DNA from: Blepharisma stoltei ATCC 30299
Lineage: Eukaryota > Protista > Ciliophora
Reading direction: 5' to 3'
Assembly: GCA_965603825.1 (NCBI GenBank)
Contig: CBFDEM010000046.1
Coordinates: forward strand, 434,001-498,000
Length of the DNA: 64,000 nucleotides
Position 1 is the first letter of the stretch, and each line of letters begins with the position of its first letter. Under the pieces are notes generated by a model. That model was not told the origin of the DNA, did not search any database, and saw only the letters and a list, made by a program, of their open reading frames with translations. Positions 22,690-35,983 of this stretch are shown piece after piece. The position numbers and the translations under genes are program-made.

Positions 22690-23064
22690 TCAAATGGAAA
22701 TTTAACCTCAGCACAACCATCAAGCAGCTCTTTTGCTTTGCCTTAATACTTTATCTTATCAATCTAATTATTGGAGTCTTAATTTTAAATTAAGATAGAG
22801 AAATGAAATTGCTAAATAATTATTTATCCATGCATATGGCAATATATTATATCATTTGCATTAATTTTTAATAATGATATAAAAATAATATAACTGTTAC
22901 CAGATTTTACTAAAAATAAGAAAAGTTCTAATTATTATTAAATTTAGAGAGTTGATTATATTAAATCCTTAATTAGATTCGTGCATTTTATATTAAAAAT
23001 TGTTATGTAATTGAATCAATCATTGCAATGTTGTATATCTAATTTATGAGATTTCCGTTTTTCT

Positions 23065-24555
23065 TTATATCATTTGAAGGAGCTCTACCATCACTTTTTT
23101 TGATAGATTCTCAAAATTCGGCAGCTTTACCACAATTTCAAAGTGCTCCATCGCATATTCCATGCACACCCTCTTAAGCTCCGTAGCATGATGAATTTCC
23201 GCCAAACAAATAAAGTCAATCAAATTTTCCAGCGAAATGATCTGCGCCATATAATTTTCACACAGATTTTTAAGCCTTTTCAATAAAAACATATTTGCAG
23301 CTTCTAGCAATCTCGGAGCTAAATCATCATCTAGATCGACCCAATCAGTATAAATAAACACAAGAACCGCATTAAACACTTCGTAAGAAATATTTGGTAT
23401 CTCTATAACAGACTCTATAGACTCCCTTAATCCACTAGTCAGCATAACTTTGAAATGCTCACATCGTGTGTATAAAATATTTTTATGTGCTTTTATTTCT
23501 CTTCCTTCTACAATAAAAGTTATATCTGAAAATGTTGAAGAGTCTAATAAATTTTTCATATTTTGGACTAGTTCGCTTTCCCTTATATTTGTTTGGCGCT
23601 CCATAATAGGAAGGATGTGTAAATCGTTAAAACTTCTGTCACAGTCATTTCCACCGAACACAATAATTTTTCCTTGGTAAAAATTTGAAGTGTGGCGGCA
23701 CCTGGGCTCTGGGACTTCTCCTTCATAAGAGATTTCTGGGATAATTCACTGCTGAGTTACAGTATCAAATGAGCAAGTATCATTTAGCCATTCTGTGCCA
23801 TCATATCCTCCGAAAAAATAGATAGCTTTATTGATAAGACAGCTTGTCGTAGAAACCCTAGGAGAAGGAGGCAGCATGCAACCGTGGAAATTGATTTGCT
23901 TTCAGTTATAAATTTTAGTATCTAGAACATACATATCATTAAGCTGGCGATGTCTGTCTGGCTCTCCGCCAAAAACGTATATAAATCTGCCTACACTTAT
24001 AGCAGTATGCTGCAATCTTCCTGGAGGAATATGGCCTGAAGCTTGGCATGACCTTCATTCTAGTGTGTTTAAGTCTAAATAGCTTAAATCATTAAGTCAT
24101 AATTTTCCATCGCCCCCTCCAAAAACAAACATCTTAGCTCCTATTACATTTGCGGTATGAAATTGGCGTCGCGTTGCTTCGCCTCTTGGCTTTATTTCTT
24201 GCCATTCAGGATTTCTGATTCCCTCTGATAGATCTAGGAAATGAGCATCATTCAAAAGCTTGGAACCATTTCAGCCTCCATAAATGATAATAAGTTTTCC
24301 ATATAAAGCTGCTGTGTGTCCCGTACGGGGCTCAGGGGGATTTCCTCTAATTTGTATATCAGACAGCCATTCTTTATTTTCTAGATCCAACGCATGAATA
24401 TCATTGATAAGGCGCTTGTGGCCTTCTCCTTCTTTTCCTCCAAAAATAATCATATAGTAGTTAAAAATAGTCGATGTATGGCAATTTCGGGTACTTGGAG
24501 GGGTTCCTTTTACCTCAGTCCAAAGTTTTCACTGTTTTGATTTATTTGTAATCAT
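23065..24555 (-). CDS. Kelch-repeat + BTB/POZ protein (LZTR1-like), 496 aa, six TGA=Trp
   Basis: Six Kelch repeats (R..H.....FGG...ND....D....W), BTB FSDITFIVEGREIKAHK; one frame from ATG 24555 to TAA 23065. Confidence 0.92.
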
Positions 24556-24770
24556 GCTTCTAATATGAATAAAATTAATTTATTTTAATTACAAAGCTAT
24601 TTAAATAATTCAAAATTATTTTACTTACCTAAAATGAATATTCAGCTACGAATAGCCATTATTTGCCTTAATAATAAATTAAAGGACGCCTGATCTGAGC
24701 AATTCCAATATAGGATTATTCCATTTCATATCTCTAACATTTCATTTCGATAGCAAATAATTTATAAATT

Positions 24771-25223
24771 ATGGCGAGCTTGAATAGAAGAATCCAAAAA
24801 GAAACTGAACGCTTGACAAATGACCCAGTCATCGGCATTTCAGCTCACGCAGACCCTGCGAATCCAAGATATTTCCACATCCAAATAGCAGGCCCTGTCT
24901 CTTCTCCCTACGAAGGAGGCATTTTTGAGCTCGAGCTCTTCTTACCTGACGAATACCCTATGTGTCCTCCTAAAGTCCGCTTTTTGACCAAAATCTATCA
25001 CCCCAACGTGGACAGGCTCGGAAGAATTTGCTTAGACATTCTAAAGGACAAATGGTCCCCAGCACTCCAAATAAGATCAGTTCTACTGAGCATCCAAGCC
25101 CTAATGAGCTCTCCAAATCCTGATGACCCTTTAGATCCCCAAATTGCAAGACACTGGGTAGAAGATGAAGCTGGAGCACTGAGAGTCGCAACAGACTGGT
25201 GCAGACAATATGCTCGCGGATAA
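24771..25223 (+). CDS. UBC13: Ubiquitin-conjugating enzyme E2 N (Ubc13)
   Basis: [49 protein letters not shown]. Confidence 0.95.
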   Translation: MASLNRRIQKETERLTNDPVIGISAHADPANPRYFHIQIAGPVSSPYEGGIFELELFLPDEYPMCPPKVRFLTKIYHPNVDRLGRICLDILKDKWSPALQIRSVLLSIQALMSSPNPDDPLDPQIARHWVEDEAGALRVATDWCRQYARG

Positions 25224-25350
25224 GGTAATAAAACAATAAATAATTTCTTTAAAGAGATGAGGCAAGCTTATTTTGCTGATTTAGTTTTTCCAAAAATGGA
25301 ATCGTGTTAATAAGCATGGGAAATTATTATCTCTTCATTATTGTAAAAAA

Positions 25351-28300
25351 ATGAGCACAGAAAGAACTCAACCAAAAACTCTCCCCATCCAGCTGAAAAT
25401 CCCTCGACTAAAAATAGGAATAATAGAGAAAAAGATGAAAGAAGAAATAGACTTAAACGAAAGTGATCTTTTGAGAAAAAGTGGCCATCCGCAATCTCCA
25501 ACTGATTTTTCAAGCTTTTCACAGACCAGTAAAACTTTGAGATCTATAAACCGGATAAATAGAGAGCATTTAAAAGATTTTTTGTCTGCTGATCGAAAAA
25601 GAAATCTAATTATCGCAAAAACGTGCAGAGATGTTTCACATTTAAAGGATAAACACCAGATAATAAAAAATATAGTTAAGCTTCCAGATCTGTCTGGAGG
25701 CAAGGCAGCTACTCAGGTCTTGCCGATTTCCCCAGAGCATTTAAAAAAGTTCATATATTCAGTAGAGAAGTTAGGACTTCCAGCTGCAAGCCCTAGAGGA
25801 ATCATGACAGGACTGGGTTGCTCAAAAGAAAAATGTTTAGAAAAAGTCGTTTCGACAAATGTAAACAACGTTTCATTTCAAGAAAGCTTGGAGCAGTTCA
25901 AATTAAAAATAAAAACTGATCCAACCAATGTAACAGCCCCCAAAACTCCCCAGCCAAAGTTTCTTGACTCAATTTTGGCTGAAAAAAAAACTGTAGAAAA
26001 AGAAGACCCTTTTGTTTACCTAGGATCTCCAACTGGCCGACAGGAAGTCCAAAACTTAAAAGAATGGTTTGCCTATATGCAGGAAAACCATTTAAATAAA
26101 CTTTTAGATCAGAAATTATTAAGCGAAATCGGAGAAGACGAAAAAGCCGATAAATTCGAAATTGCTGATGTAATTTTAAAAACTGGGCTAAGAGAAATTG
26201 TCAGACAGGTTTCTGTGTATTGTGTGGAAAGAGGCGAATTATTATCAATTATTGTTGAAAGATATTTGGACTATTGGAAAATTTGCTGCTCATTATTAGA
26301 AGATGACATTAAACGGTTAAAAGAAGAGTACACTAAAGAAATTGAGAGACTTACAGCAAATGGGAAAGAAAAAGATAAAGCTTACAATGCAAAAATACTG
26401 GAACTAGGTAAAGAAAATGCAATAATTCTAGCAGCTTCTAACTCAAAAGATATAGAAATAAGTCGTTTAAGAGAAAACATTAGAAGATTTAAAGCAGAAC
26501 GAGCTTACCGAATGAAAAAAGATTTCGAGCACTACACAAGCGCCATAAGAAAATTTCAAGAAGAGCTGAAAGAGTCAGATCTTAATCCAGAAAATGTGAA
26601 AACAGGAAAATCTAAAGTCTTTATTATGCAGAAATTGGATGAGGCACAAAGGATTGTATCAAAACTAAAATTAAAAAAAGAGTATAATGACGCATTGACC
26701 ATTGTGGACAGTGAAGAAAATGTTGCATGAATTGACCAAGATATGATTGATGATGATATAGAAGAGCCTTATAAAGATGAAGAAGTCCAAGTGGAATTCG
26801 TCAAAGAAACAGAAGAAAAACAAACTATGACTTTTTGATATGTTCTAGATAAATCAATGGAAACAGACGAAATTGACTTAGGATACCGCACTGACTCACA
26901 TGAAATTCTTGTCCTAGGTGATGAGAATAACTATAGTTTTGTAGCAGATGGCCAAGAAAACCACTCTGATTCTGTAATGCTAGATGAGTTAAAACCAAAC
27001 ATAGAAACAGGGAACACAGAAGCAGAAGACAGTCAAGATTCTTCTGCATCTTCTTCATCCCTTATTAAGACTAAAAAGACCAAAAAGAAAAAAATATCGA
27101 TTATCATTGATAAAGATACTCTGAATGTTCTTTCATCGAAAACTCAGCCTTACATACGAACTGGACATGAAAGAAGGTCCTTATCAGTTATCCCTTCAAA
27201 TCCGCCTAACCCGGGCAACGACAACATTATCCAAGTAGATACATCTCATGACATAAGCATTAAAAGCAGAGAAACACCCAGTCGTGGATCTGTGTATCCA
27301 GGGAAAAAAAATTGAAATTCTGAAAAAAGGAAAAGAAAGAATAGAGAAAGCCAAACTGAAGGGCTTTTAGAAGAAGAAATGAAAAATAAAGAAATTATGG
27401 AACTGATGATAAATGACAGAGAGGAGTACTTAAATGCTGTCCAAAAAGAAATTATGCTCCAAAAAAACGAAATAAATAAATTAAAGCTCGAAGCTGACAG
27501 ATACAGAACTTTCATCCATGAAATAAGTCAGCAAAACCCTGAAGAAGCAAAGCATTTATATGAAAAAATCGAAAAAGATGTTGAGAAACTCAAAGAAAAA
27601 GGCTATGTCCCATCTGATGTAGATTTCAATGCATGGAAAGCAGGATATTACACGGGCTTTGACAATGGGCACTTTGAAGGGAAAATCCTTGGGGAGGAAT
27701 TAGGTTTCGAGCGAGGAATGCTGGAGAGTGGGCTTAACCCTCGGCTGAACTCCAGCACCCTTGACATATCTAACTCAACTGAAGGAAACGAAGCTCCCAA
27801 GGACATACTAAAAGTAAAAGAGAGAAAAACCAAAAGAAGGCCATCAATCATGATAACTGATGAAGGTGACGGAAGAAAAGCCAAGCGAACAGTCACAAAA
27901 ATCATGGAATTTAATTTTCAAAAGCGAGAGCCAAAAACACAGCCAGAGAAGAAAATCCACATGGGCCCAAAACTGCTCCAGCACTTCTTACACAAATCAA
28001 TGGACTATGTGAAAAATTTCGGAAAAATCAGTCGAAAAATGCTAGTCAAGAGCATTTCATTTATATATTCATGCGCCATAGCTAAATATAAGACTGGAGA
28101 ACTTGTAGACTCACTAGCTGAATTTGCATACGATGAGCTGTTTAGCAAGTATGGGCTGAAAAAAGTAGCTGATAAAAAGTATTTGGAAATTATTTCAACT
28201 CTGCTTAAATATCCTGATTCCATAAAAATCAGCACTTTTACAAGACTACTAGGAATTGGGAATAAAATTGGTCTAACTGATTATGCCAAACCAAAACTGT

Positions 28301-29130
28301 CTTTGATGTTCTATATCTCAAGCATTGTGATAATACTAAAGTCAAAAGTTGGAATTATAGTAGGTTTCGATGATACTTCTGAGTATCAAATGATACCGAC
28401 TATTAGGGCAACTGAGTGTATTCGTGAAAAATTCAATGACTTAGTCTCACAGAACCAAATTCAAAGAATCATTTCACTAGTAGAAAAGCAGTCACAGCCA
28501 GACCCTAAAAAAGTCAATAAAAATGGAGTGATTGATCAGGATATTTTACTAGACATCATGCTTTCAGAATATGAAAAATATGAGGCTGGAATAGTCAGCG
28601 CTCTAAACGTCGTTTTTGATGGATTTTCTATTATCAGCAAAGTTGTGTATATAAATAAGCTCGACTTAGTTTTGATAACAAGATATATTTCTCCTCACAA
28701 ATTTAGCTTATTAGTATCCAAAGACGAAAATAATAAAGAAATATTCACACCAGCTTTTATTAGTCTATGCCAAAATGATGATGAAGAAGAAGAGGACGAA
28801 ATTCATATAGAGAAAGTGATCAATTTTTGCATAGAAAAAGCGATTTGTAGTCCAGCTGACTTAGAAAATTATTTAGGAGGAGAGGTGACCAAAAACAGGC
28901 TGTTTAATTTTATCGATCAAAGCAAAGGAGAAAATACAGATATTCTGATGAAAATCCTTAAAAGTAAATCTTCATCAGAGATGCCAAACTCTTTTGAAAG
29001 AAATTGGCTTGAGCGGATGCAATACTTCACAGATCAAATTGATCAAAAGCAGCCAAAAGCTTTATACTGTTCTTGAAAGCTGATAACAGATGAGCTTTCA
29101 AGGCTAAACAATGAATTGCCCAAACTGTAA
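25351..29130 (+). CDS. Large coiled-coil protein (1259 aa) with axonemal dynein light chain (p28/AXDND1-like) domain; four TGA=Trp
   Basis: Three ORFs in one frame; PTGRQEV..L..W and EIVRQVSVYCVERGELL motifs; ends TAA 29128. Confidence 0.8.
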
Positions 29131-29260
29131 GAAAACTAATTACATTCAACCTGTTTTGCAATCTCTTTTCCTATGAAACTCTATAAACCTTAATAACTTT
29201 GATTATTCCTTTATCCAGCCTAATACAAAACAGAATTTGTGATTAATTAGGTTTATAAAT

Positions 29261-30631
29261 ATGAATTTTATTCTTCTAATATTGCTCTTATCTAACTTAA
29301 CATACGCTGAAAAGTGCGTTAAAGACGTGGATTGCAGCTCGTTAAGTCATTGCGTTGATAACAAGTGTGAACACAAGTCTTTATTTCCTCTTGCAGGCAT
29401 CGAGTTTTTTGGGACTTTCATGACAATTTTAGTAAGTGCCCTTTCAAATGCAGCTGGCATTGGTGGAGGACCACTTAATACGATGACTTTCCAGTTCTTT
29501 TTCTTATTTGACACTTTTGATTCAATACCCCTATCACAGATTGTCATTTTTGGAGGTAGCTTGATGTCAGTCGCGCTAAAAATACCTTCAAGACACCCTA
29601 CTAAGGATCGCCCACTGATAGATTATGAATTAGTAGCTTATTTGCTAACTCCGCTTTTGGCCGGGACTACAATTGGTGTTATTTTCCACTTATCTTTCCC
29701 AGATTGGCTTACAATTTTACTTCTCAGTATTCTTATGAGCTATTTAACATATCAAACGACTAAAAAAGGGGCGAGATTATTTCACCGAGAAACTATCATC
29801 AAAAACAGTTCTCACAGCATCGCAAGATTAATCGATGCTTTTCAAAACGACTTAAGAACACCACATACAGACAAAACTGATGTGCAGATAGAAAGGGACC
29901 GAGGCATTCTGGAAAAAATTATAGAAGAAGAAAACAAATTGGTCCCTTTGCATCCTGCCGTCACTATTGCTATGATTTTAGGAGTTGTCATGGTGGCTGC
30001 TTTTATTAAAGGCGGAAATGGCTTTGACTCTATATTAGGGCTTGCTCAATGTGGGGCAGGGTATTGGATTTTTATTTTCTTTTATTTTGTGGGATTGATG
30101 ATGCTGACCTATCATAATGGTAAATATATTATTGAAAAAACGGCCTTGATGATTAATATTGGGTATATTTTTGACCCATCAGACGTCAAATGAAATAAAT
30201 ATAAAGCTATAAAAATAGGGGCTGTTACCTTTTTTGCTGGAGTTGCATCAGGTGCTTTGGGTATTGGAGGAGGGTCTATTATGAACCCTTTTTTGTTGTC
30301 CATTGGAGTCAGGCCTGAGGTTTCTACAGCTTGCTCAACTTTTATGGTGCTTTTTAGTTCCTCTGTTGGGGTTTTGCAGTTTATGATTGGAGGAGTTATC
30401 AGTTACGACTATGGGGCATGAGTCTTCATATGGGCTGTGGTTGGGTCAGCCCTAGGGTATTTCGTTATTAAAAGAATCATTGAGAAGATGAACAGACCTT
30501 CAATCATAGTTTTGTTGCTTGCATTTATGATGATTGCAAGCTTAGTAGGAAGCTTAGTCATAGGAATTTTCAAAATTTCAAGTAAAATAAGTGATGGGAC
30601 AATGGAGTATGGGTTTTCAAGTTTATGCTAA
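29261..30631 (+). CDS. TauE/SafE (sulfite exporter) family membrane protein, 456 aa
   Basis: SNAAGIGGG, HPTKDRPLIDY, second repeat SGALGIGGG; TGA at 30191 and 30419 read as W. Confidence 0.9.
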
Positions 30632-30799
30632 GGCATGAGTAGGAGTAGTTTTTGAGCATATTTCGATTTATAGATATTGAATAATCTCTATTATTAACTA
30701 TAAAATGTCTAGTTAAAATATTAATAGCACTGACTAATCTAGTGGTTTTCCATCAGGAAATTATCCTAGCCTGACCTTTATTTAATCAATAGTGAATCA

Positions 30800-31453
30800 T
30801 TATTTTAATATATCATAAGCACCCTGATCTCTATGCCCTTCATACCTGATCCTAAATTTAATTTGATCAAAAAACTCCTTATACTCATTCGGATCAATAT
30901 TCGGACACCATATATCGCACATCTCGAAAAGCGCGTCAAATAGCGCCTCCCTCGTCATTTTATCTTGTCCTTTTGCATCTTTTTTCCAGTCTTCATCAAG
31001 CAATTTCTTTTTTTCAATAGGATCAAGGCCAGGTCTAAGTACTCCGCACAATTTATTGTAAATTCTTTCAAATTCTCGCTTATTGATGCTACCAGTTGAA
31101 TCCATTTGATATAAATTCATAAAATCATTAATGCTGTCTGCTACAATTGCGTCAGACTTTAAGCCAAGCCTTCTTGCAATTGCTGTTTCTGTATACATAG
31201 AAGTGTCGCCATCTAAATGGTATGGCTTGACTCCATCGCGCATAGGGCTAAAAATAAATCCAAGCTCAGGTGTTGCGAGCTGAGCAGGCTTTTCTTCTAT
31301 TAATGGTTGCTCATGTGGGATAGCTGATAATTTCTTTGCAGGAGATCTTGGCTCACTTGACAAATTTGACGTAGATTTCCCAGGCCTTGCTAAATTATTT
31401 AAATTTGATTCTGAGCCTGTGCTTCTATGAGAGTGTTCTGGGTATGGGTTCAT
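30800..31453 (-). CDS. EF-hand-like protein
   Basis: DSTGSINKREF loop and DWKKD...LFDALFEMCDIW region. Confidence 0.7.
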   Translation of the reverse strand: MNPYPEHSHRSTGSESNLNNLARPGKSTSNLSSEPRSPAKKLSAIPHEQPLIEEKPAQLATPELGFIFSPMRDGVKPYHLDGDTSMYTETAIARRLGLKSDAIVADSINDFMNLYQMDSTGSINKREFERIYNKLCGVLRPGLDPIEKKKLLDEDWKKDAKGQDKMTREALFDALFEMCDIWCPNIDPNEYKEFFDQIKFRIRYEGHRDQGAYDILK

Positions 31454-31650
31454 GTATTTATTGTTAAAAATTAATCAAACTTATAATAGACTATTATGTC
31501 AGCTTTAGCATACTTATAATTTACAATCAAAAAGCCAATTATTTTAATTAAAAATAATTTGCGTGCTCAAATACTTTTATACAACCTTTCCATAGTATAA
31601 ATGGACTAGGAATAATTAGGACTGTCATTTAAATTGATAAAGTTCGTCTA

Positions 31651-32253
31651 ATGGAAAAAGATCAATATAAAATAGTTCTACTAGGCGATCAAGGTGTTGG
31701 AAAATCAAGTATTGTCCTTCGTTTTGTAAAAGACGACTATAACGAAGAGCAAAACGCAACAGTCGGTGCATCCTACACTGGGAAAATTTTGCAAGTCAAT
31801 GACAAAATCATAAAATTCAACATTTGGGACACAGCGGGCCAGGAAAGATATCAGAGCTTAGCCAAAATGTATTATAGAGACGCAAATGCAGCGATTATGG
31901 TCTATGATATTACCAAGAGAAGCAGCTTTGAAGGGATCTTAAGGTGGTATAAAGAGCTTAAAGAATTCGGGCCGAAGAATATTGTGATTTGTATTGCAGG
32001 GAATAAAGAAGATTTGGTAGAAATGGAAGACGTCCAGCCATCAGAAGTTAAGGAACTTGCAAAAAGCATTGGAGCGATATATCGGAAAGTTAGTGCAAAG
32101 ACGAGCTATGGGGTCGAACAAATGTTTAAAGACCTTTCTGTAAGGTTAGAATCTGGGTCAGATGCCCCTTCTCCAACGAAAAACGCAACTCAGTCAGTTT
32201 TTCTCACAGAAAAACCGATACCTGATACAAAGAAAAAGAAAAAATGCTGCTAA
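31651..32253 (+). CDS. Rab GTPase, Rab5/Rab22/Rab31 group
   Basis: [37 protein letters not shown], NKxD, SAK, terminal CC. Confidence 0.92.
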   Translation: MEKDQYKIVLLGDQGVGKSSIVLRFVKDDYNEEQNATVGASYTGKILQVNDKIIKFNIWDTAGQERYQSLAKMYYRDANAAIMVYDITKRSSFEGILRWYKELKEFGPKNIVICIAGNKEDLVEMEDVQPSEVKELAKSIGAIYRKVSAKTSYGVEQMFKDLSVRLESGSDAPSPTKNATQSVFLTEKPIPDTKKKKKCC

Positions 32254-32275
32254 TTGCGTTAATTAAACAGTTTAA

Positions 32276-33061
32276 TTAAAGATATTTAGGGTGGTATTGG
32301 TGCATTGGGCTGTCTTCTTCTTGGCTGTTGCTTTCGGAAATGCAGTCCGGGATGTGAATTACCGTGTCCTCACCGATTAGGTCTGTTTGAATTTCAATTG
32401 TTGTGTGAGATTTCTCCGGATGTTTGGAAGGCTTAGCAAATGTCGTGTTTTTTATATCTGAAGTGAATTTTTTTATGTTTAAAGAATAGCATTTGATGTT
32501 TTCGTCGTTAGATACTGTTTTCTGAGAAAATAATAGATTTTTAGCTTTCTTAAGCCTTTGCTTTAAAGGAGTATCTCGATTACTTGTTGAATATTTGCTG
32601 GGAAGGCTGATTTTTTCATTTCGGAGCCGAAATACTTCTTTTGAGCTGTTATTTTCTTTTTCTTTTGCTTTTGGCTGTTTTTTATTATAATCGCAAAGAA
32701 GCCAGGCTAAGCTTGGCTCTTGTAGAGTGTCATTATGCTTATAAAGCGAAAGCTTATCTAAAAGTCCAAGACTCTCTCTTTCTCTTATCGGTTTTGTATC
32801 ACTAAAGATTTGGGAAGCTCTTTCTCGAGGGACACTTTTGCAGCTGCTACGATCATTGTTTCGACGATTATGAAATGACGTATGAGGTCTATCGTTAATC
32901 TCTTGGGGTCTGTTCTCCATAGGTATAGATTCAAATCTTAGCTTATCACCCTTATTAAAGTAATTTGACTGGGGCGAATTTGATCTTCGGTGGCGAAAAT
33001 TGTGATGAGCAAATGGTCTACATTTTGTATTTTCTAATAGCTTAGGTAGTTGTATTATCAT
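32276..33061 (-). CDS. Hypothetical low-complexity protein (261 aa)
   Basis: ATG..TAA ORF. Confidence 0.7.
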   Translation of the reverse strand: MIIQLPKLLENTKCRPFAHHNFRHRRSNSPQSNYFNKGDKLRFESIPMENRPQEINDRPHTSFHNRRNNDRSSCKSVPRERASQIFSDTKPIRERESLGLLDKLSLYKHNDTLQEPSLAWLLCDYNKKQPKAKEKENNSSKEVFRLRNEKISLPSKYSTSNRDTPLKQRLKKAKNLLFSQKTVSNDENIKCYSLNIKKFTSDIKNTTFAKPSKHPEKSHTTIEIQTDLIGEDTVIHIPDCISESNSQEEDSPMHQYHPKYL

Positions 33062-33556
33062 ATTTTACATCCATTTTTAACGATAGAGACTAAGGAAAAG
33101 CAGTAAACTTCTCAATTCCCTTGTCGATACTAACATATTTTGAAAATTACTTTACATTGAAGTAAATCTATAAGTCGTCTATAAAAATAAAGTTAATTGC
33201 TATAGCATTTTTTATAAGATATTTATATAAGCTTATAGTTTTTTAATTATTTTTTAAGTCAGCTCCCTTTATTCCTTTGCTTGGCTGCTATTGGAAAAAC
33301 TCAATTTTTCGATTTGTTGATGATAGTTATAAGCCTAGTAAAATAAATTATTTATTTCAAAAAAACACAAAAATATGATGGATCTCAAATGTCCTTAAGG
33401 TCCTAGACCCTAAAGTTCACCAACATGAAAATAATAAAATCCCACTTTCCATTGCAAATTTCTCTGGTTCCATATTCATTCTTTCGAGCTAAAATTTAAA
33501 AATACCTTTCCCTCAGATAAGAAATGAAATTTTGTCACCAAATAATATAATAATTA

Positions 33557-33874
33557 ATGTGCTTTTCTTTCTTAAGCTGTACCAAAAAGAAAAAGAAGCA
33601 TTTAGCCTCCACAATAGCTATTGCTCCAATGAACATTCAAATTTTTGAAGATCCTGAATCCTCTGACTCATTAGAGTCTTTGAGAGCTTCTATTGGAGAA
33701 ATGGGAATCCCAGTAGCCAAAGAAAGGTTTTATAGCAATATCGGAGGAGTATTAGTATTCAAAAACGAATCTCTAAAAGATTCTTCTTGAAATCGTATAA
33801 ACAAGTATAGATTAACAAAAGTACCATTAGAATCACGGATAAAAATGGCAAGAGATAGATTAATGAACGTATAA
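33557..33874 (+). CDS. Hypothetical protein (105 aa), one TGA=Trp
   Basis: Extends through TGA 33788 to TAA 33872; N-terminal Cys plus poly-Lys. Confidence 0.6.
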
Positions 33875-34942
33875 TTTAAAACACACATAATTTTATTTTA
33901 AATTTTTGTAAAAAGATTAAATTATCAGAAATGGCAATACCATTTTTTTTCAAATTTTTGATATAAGTAAAAGTAAAAGAGTTCAGAACTAATATATATT
34001 TCCTCCTATAATTTATAATTTTACATATAAAATAATTCTTCCGATTTTACTTTGTTTTTCAGTTATTTAAGTATTTAATTTAAACAAAATGAAAATTTTT
34101 CAAATCCACAATTGAAAGAAGCATTATATTAGTCTTGAAAATATTAAAGACATAAGAATACTGATATCAGTTTTAAAGATGATTTCTATAATAAATTAAC
34201 TAGTAACTATCAAAGTAATGCCCTGCAGCTTATACTTGAACAAAGCTTTCAATTTTAATTACTCCTTACCAATAAAGGTTAGATTTTCGAGAAAAAAAGT
34301 AGGCATAAATGATTAGAGAAGGATTTCCTGGGCGAGGTTCAATAAGAAGTGATAAAGATGAACTATTGACTTAAAGATGATCCATAAGGATCGTTAGACG
34401 ACTATAGCCGTTAGATAATATGATGATAACGATGAACTAGAAAAACTTGAGAATTTATGGGTAAGAGCCAGACTGTAAGTCTTAGAGTCATAATCTAATT
34501 AAATTACCAATATAATTATGGAAATATTTATTGGCCTTCAAGCCATAAAATTCAAAATGAAGCTTTAATATTACTTGTCTTGATAAATCTTTAAAGAGAT
34601 TAATCCATAAAGCATATTTATATAGAAGTTTCATCAATTATTTTATGGGCCTTCACTTTTAGCTTATAACTTCTATAAGCAAATTAAACTTCCTCCACTC
34701 AATTTAGCTTAAAATATTAGCCTTTTTTAAAAGGCCAGAGAGAAACTTTTAAGTATAACTCTTAAGGAAACATAGACTTCATATTGTTTGGTATTACAAA
34801 CGCTATCTAAATACGAACTGTTCTATAGTTAAAACAATTATTTAGTGACTGAATTTTCACAGTTTAGCAAATCATTATTTAGCTTATTTAAATCCTTATA
34901 ACTAATAGAAAGCTCACCAAAAATTAAAATTAATTATTTTAG

Positions 34943-35152
34943 CTACCCTTGAGTGTCCAAACTAATCTGTGCAGCATTTATGCTTGAATTTTCAGGTTTA
35001 CGATATGGTTTTCTTACAATAGAAAATATATATATAGCAATTCCCAATAAAACAACAAAATACGAACCAAAAAATATTGCCAAGTTTGCTTCTTTATAGG
35101 CATAGGCCTCATTAATCAAGACGCCTAAAATCAAAAAGTATTTTATTTGCAT
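34943..35152 (-). CDS. Small single-pass membrane protein (69 aa)
   Basis: Signal peptide-like N-terminus, one TM helix, basic stop-transfer RKPYRK. Confidence 0.6.
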   Translation of the reverse strand: MQIKYFLILGVLINEAYAYKEANLAIFFGSYFVVLLGIAIYIFSIVRKPYRKPENSSINAAQISLDTQG

Positions 35153-35186
35153 TTTATGACATATTCAAGATGACTTTAGTTAATAA

Positions 35187-35750
35187 TTATTCCTCTTTTT
35201 TCTTTTCCTCTTCCTGTCCACAATTAACAATGGTCACTCTTTTCTTTGGCGTCCCGTTCTGTGTGCCTTGTGCTTCAATTGTTTTGAGGACTTCGAAGCC
35301 TTCAACTAATTTTCCGAAAACCACATGCTTGCCATCAAGCCAAGGACAAGGGACTGTAGTGATAAAGAACTGAGATCCATTAGTGTGAGGACCAGAGTTA
35401 GCCATACTTAAGACTCCAGGCTCAGTGTGCTTTAATGTAAAGTTTTCATCATTAAACTTAGCACCATAAATAGACACTCCGCCAGTCCCATTACCTCTTG
35501 TAAAATCTCCTGACTGACACATGAAGCCTGGGATTATTCGGTGGAACTTTACCCCTTTGAAATGAAGTGGCTGGCCAGTCTCAGCTTTTCCATAGCCTCC
35601 TGTGCAGAGTCCTTTGAAGTTTTCAGCTGTTTTAGGAACCACATCGGCTCGGAGCTCAAAAAGCATTCTGCCTACTGGTTCTCCTTCAACTGCAATGTCG
35701 AGAAATACACGAGGGTTTTTGGTTGAGAAGTATCTAAGTATGCGGAACAT
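35187..35750 (-). CDS. Cyclophilin-type PPIase, probably mitochondrial
   Basis: [38 protein letters not shown]; [10 protein letters not shown] presequence. Confidence 0.95.
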   Translation of the reverse strand: MFRILRYFSTKNPRVFLDIAVEGEPVGRMLFELRADVVPKTAENFKGLCTGGYGKAETGQPLHFKGVKFHRIIPGFMCQSGDFTRGNGTGGVSIYGAKFNDENFTLKHTEPGVLSMANSGPHTNGSQFFITTVPCPWLDGKHVVFGKLVEGFEVLKTIEAQGTQNGTPKKRVTIVNCGQEEEKKKEE

Positions 35751-35983
35751 TTATTTGTGGTATTTAATTATAAAATTTATGTAAGAAAATGATTGATAGA
35801 TTAGGGAAATATCAAAGATAAATTTCATTAAATTTAGGGCAAGAATAATAAATAATATTCGATCAGAGACTTTTAAATCAAATTTTATGAAATACTAAAT
35901 ATAATAAAGAAGGATAATATTGAAATGGCCTATTATTCCAAATAAAACTTATACTCAAAGTTATTTATCTATCACAATTATTA

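Noticed and set aside
34309-34480. Purine-rich, coding-looking patch
   Set aside because: TAA/TAG in all frames and no recognisable homology; cannot support a gene or pseudogene call
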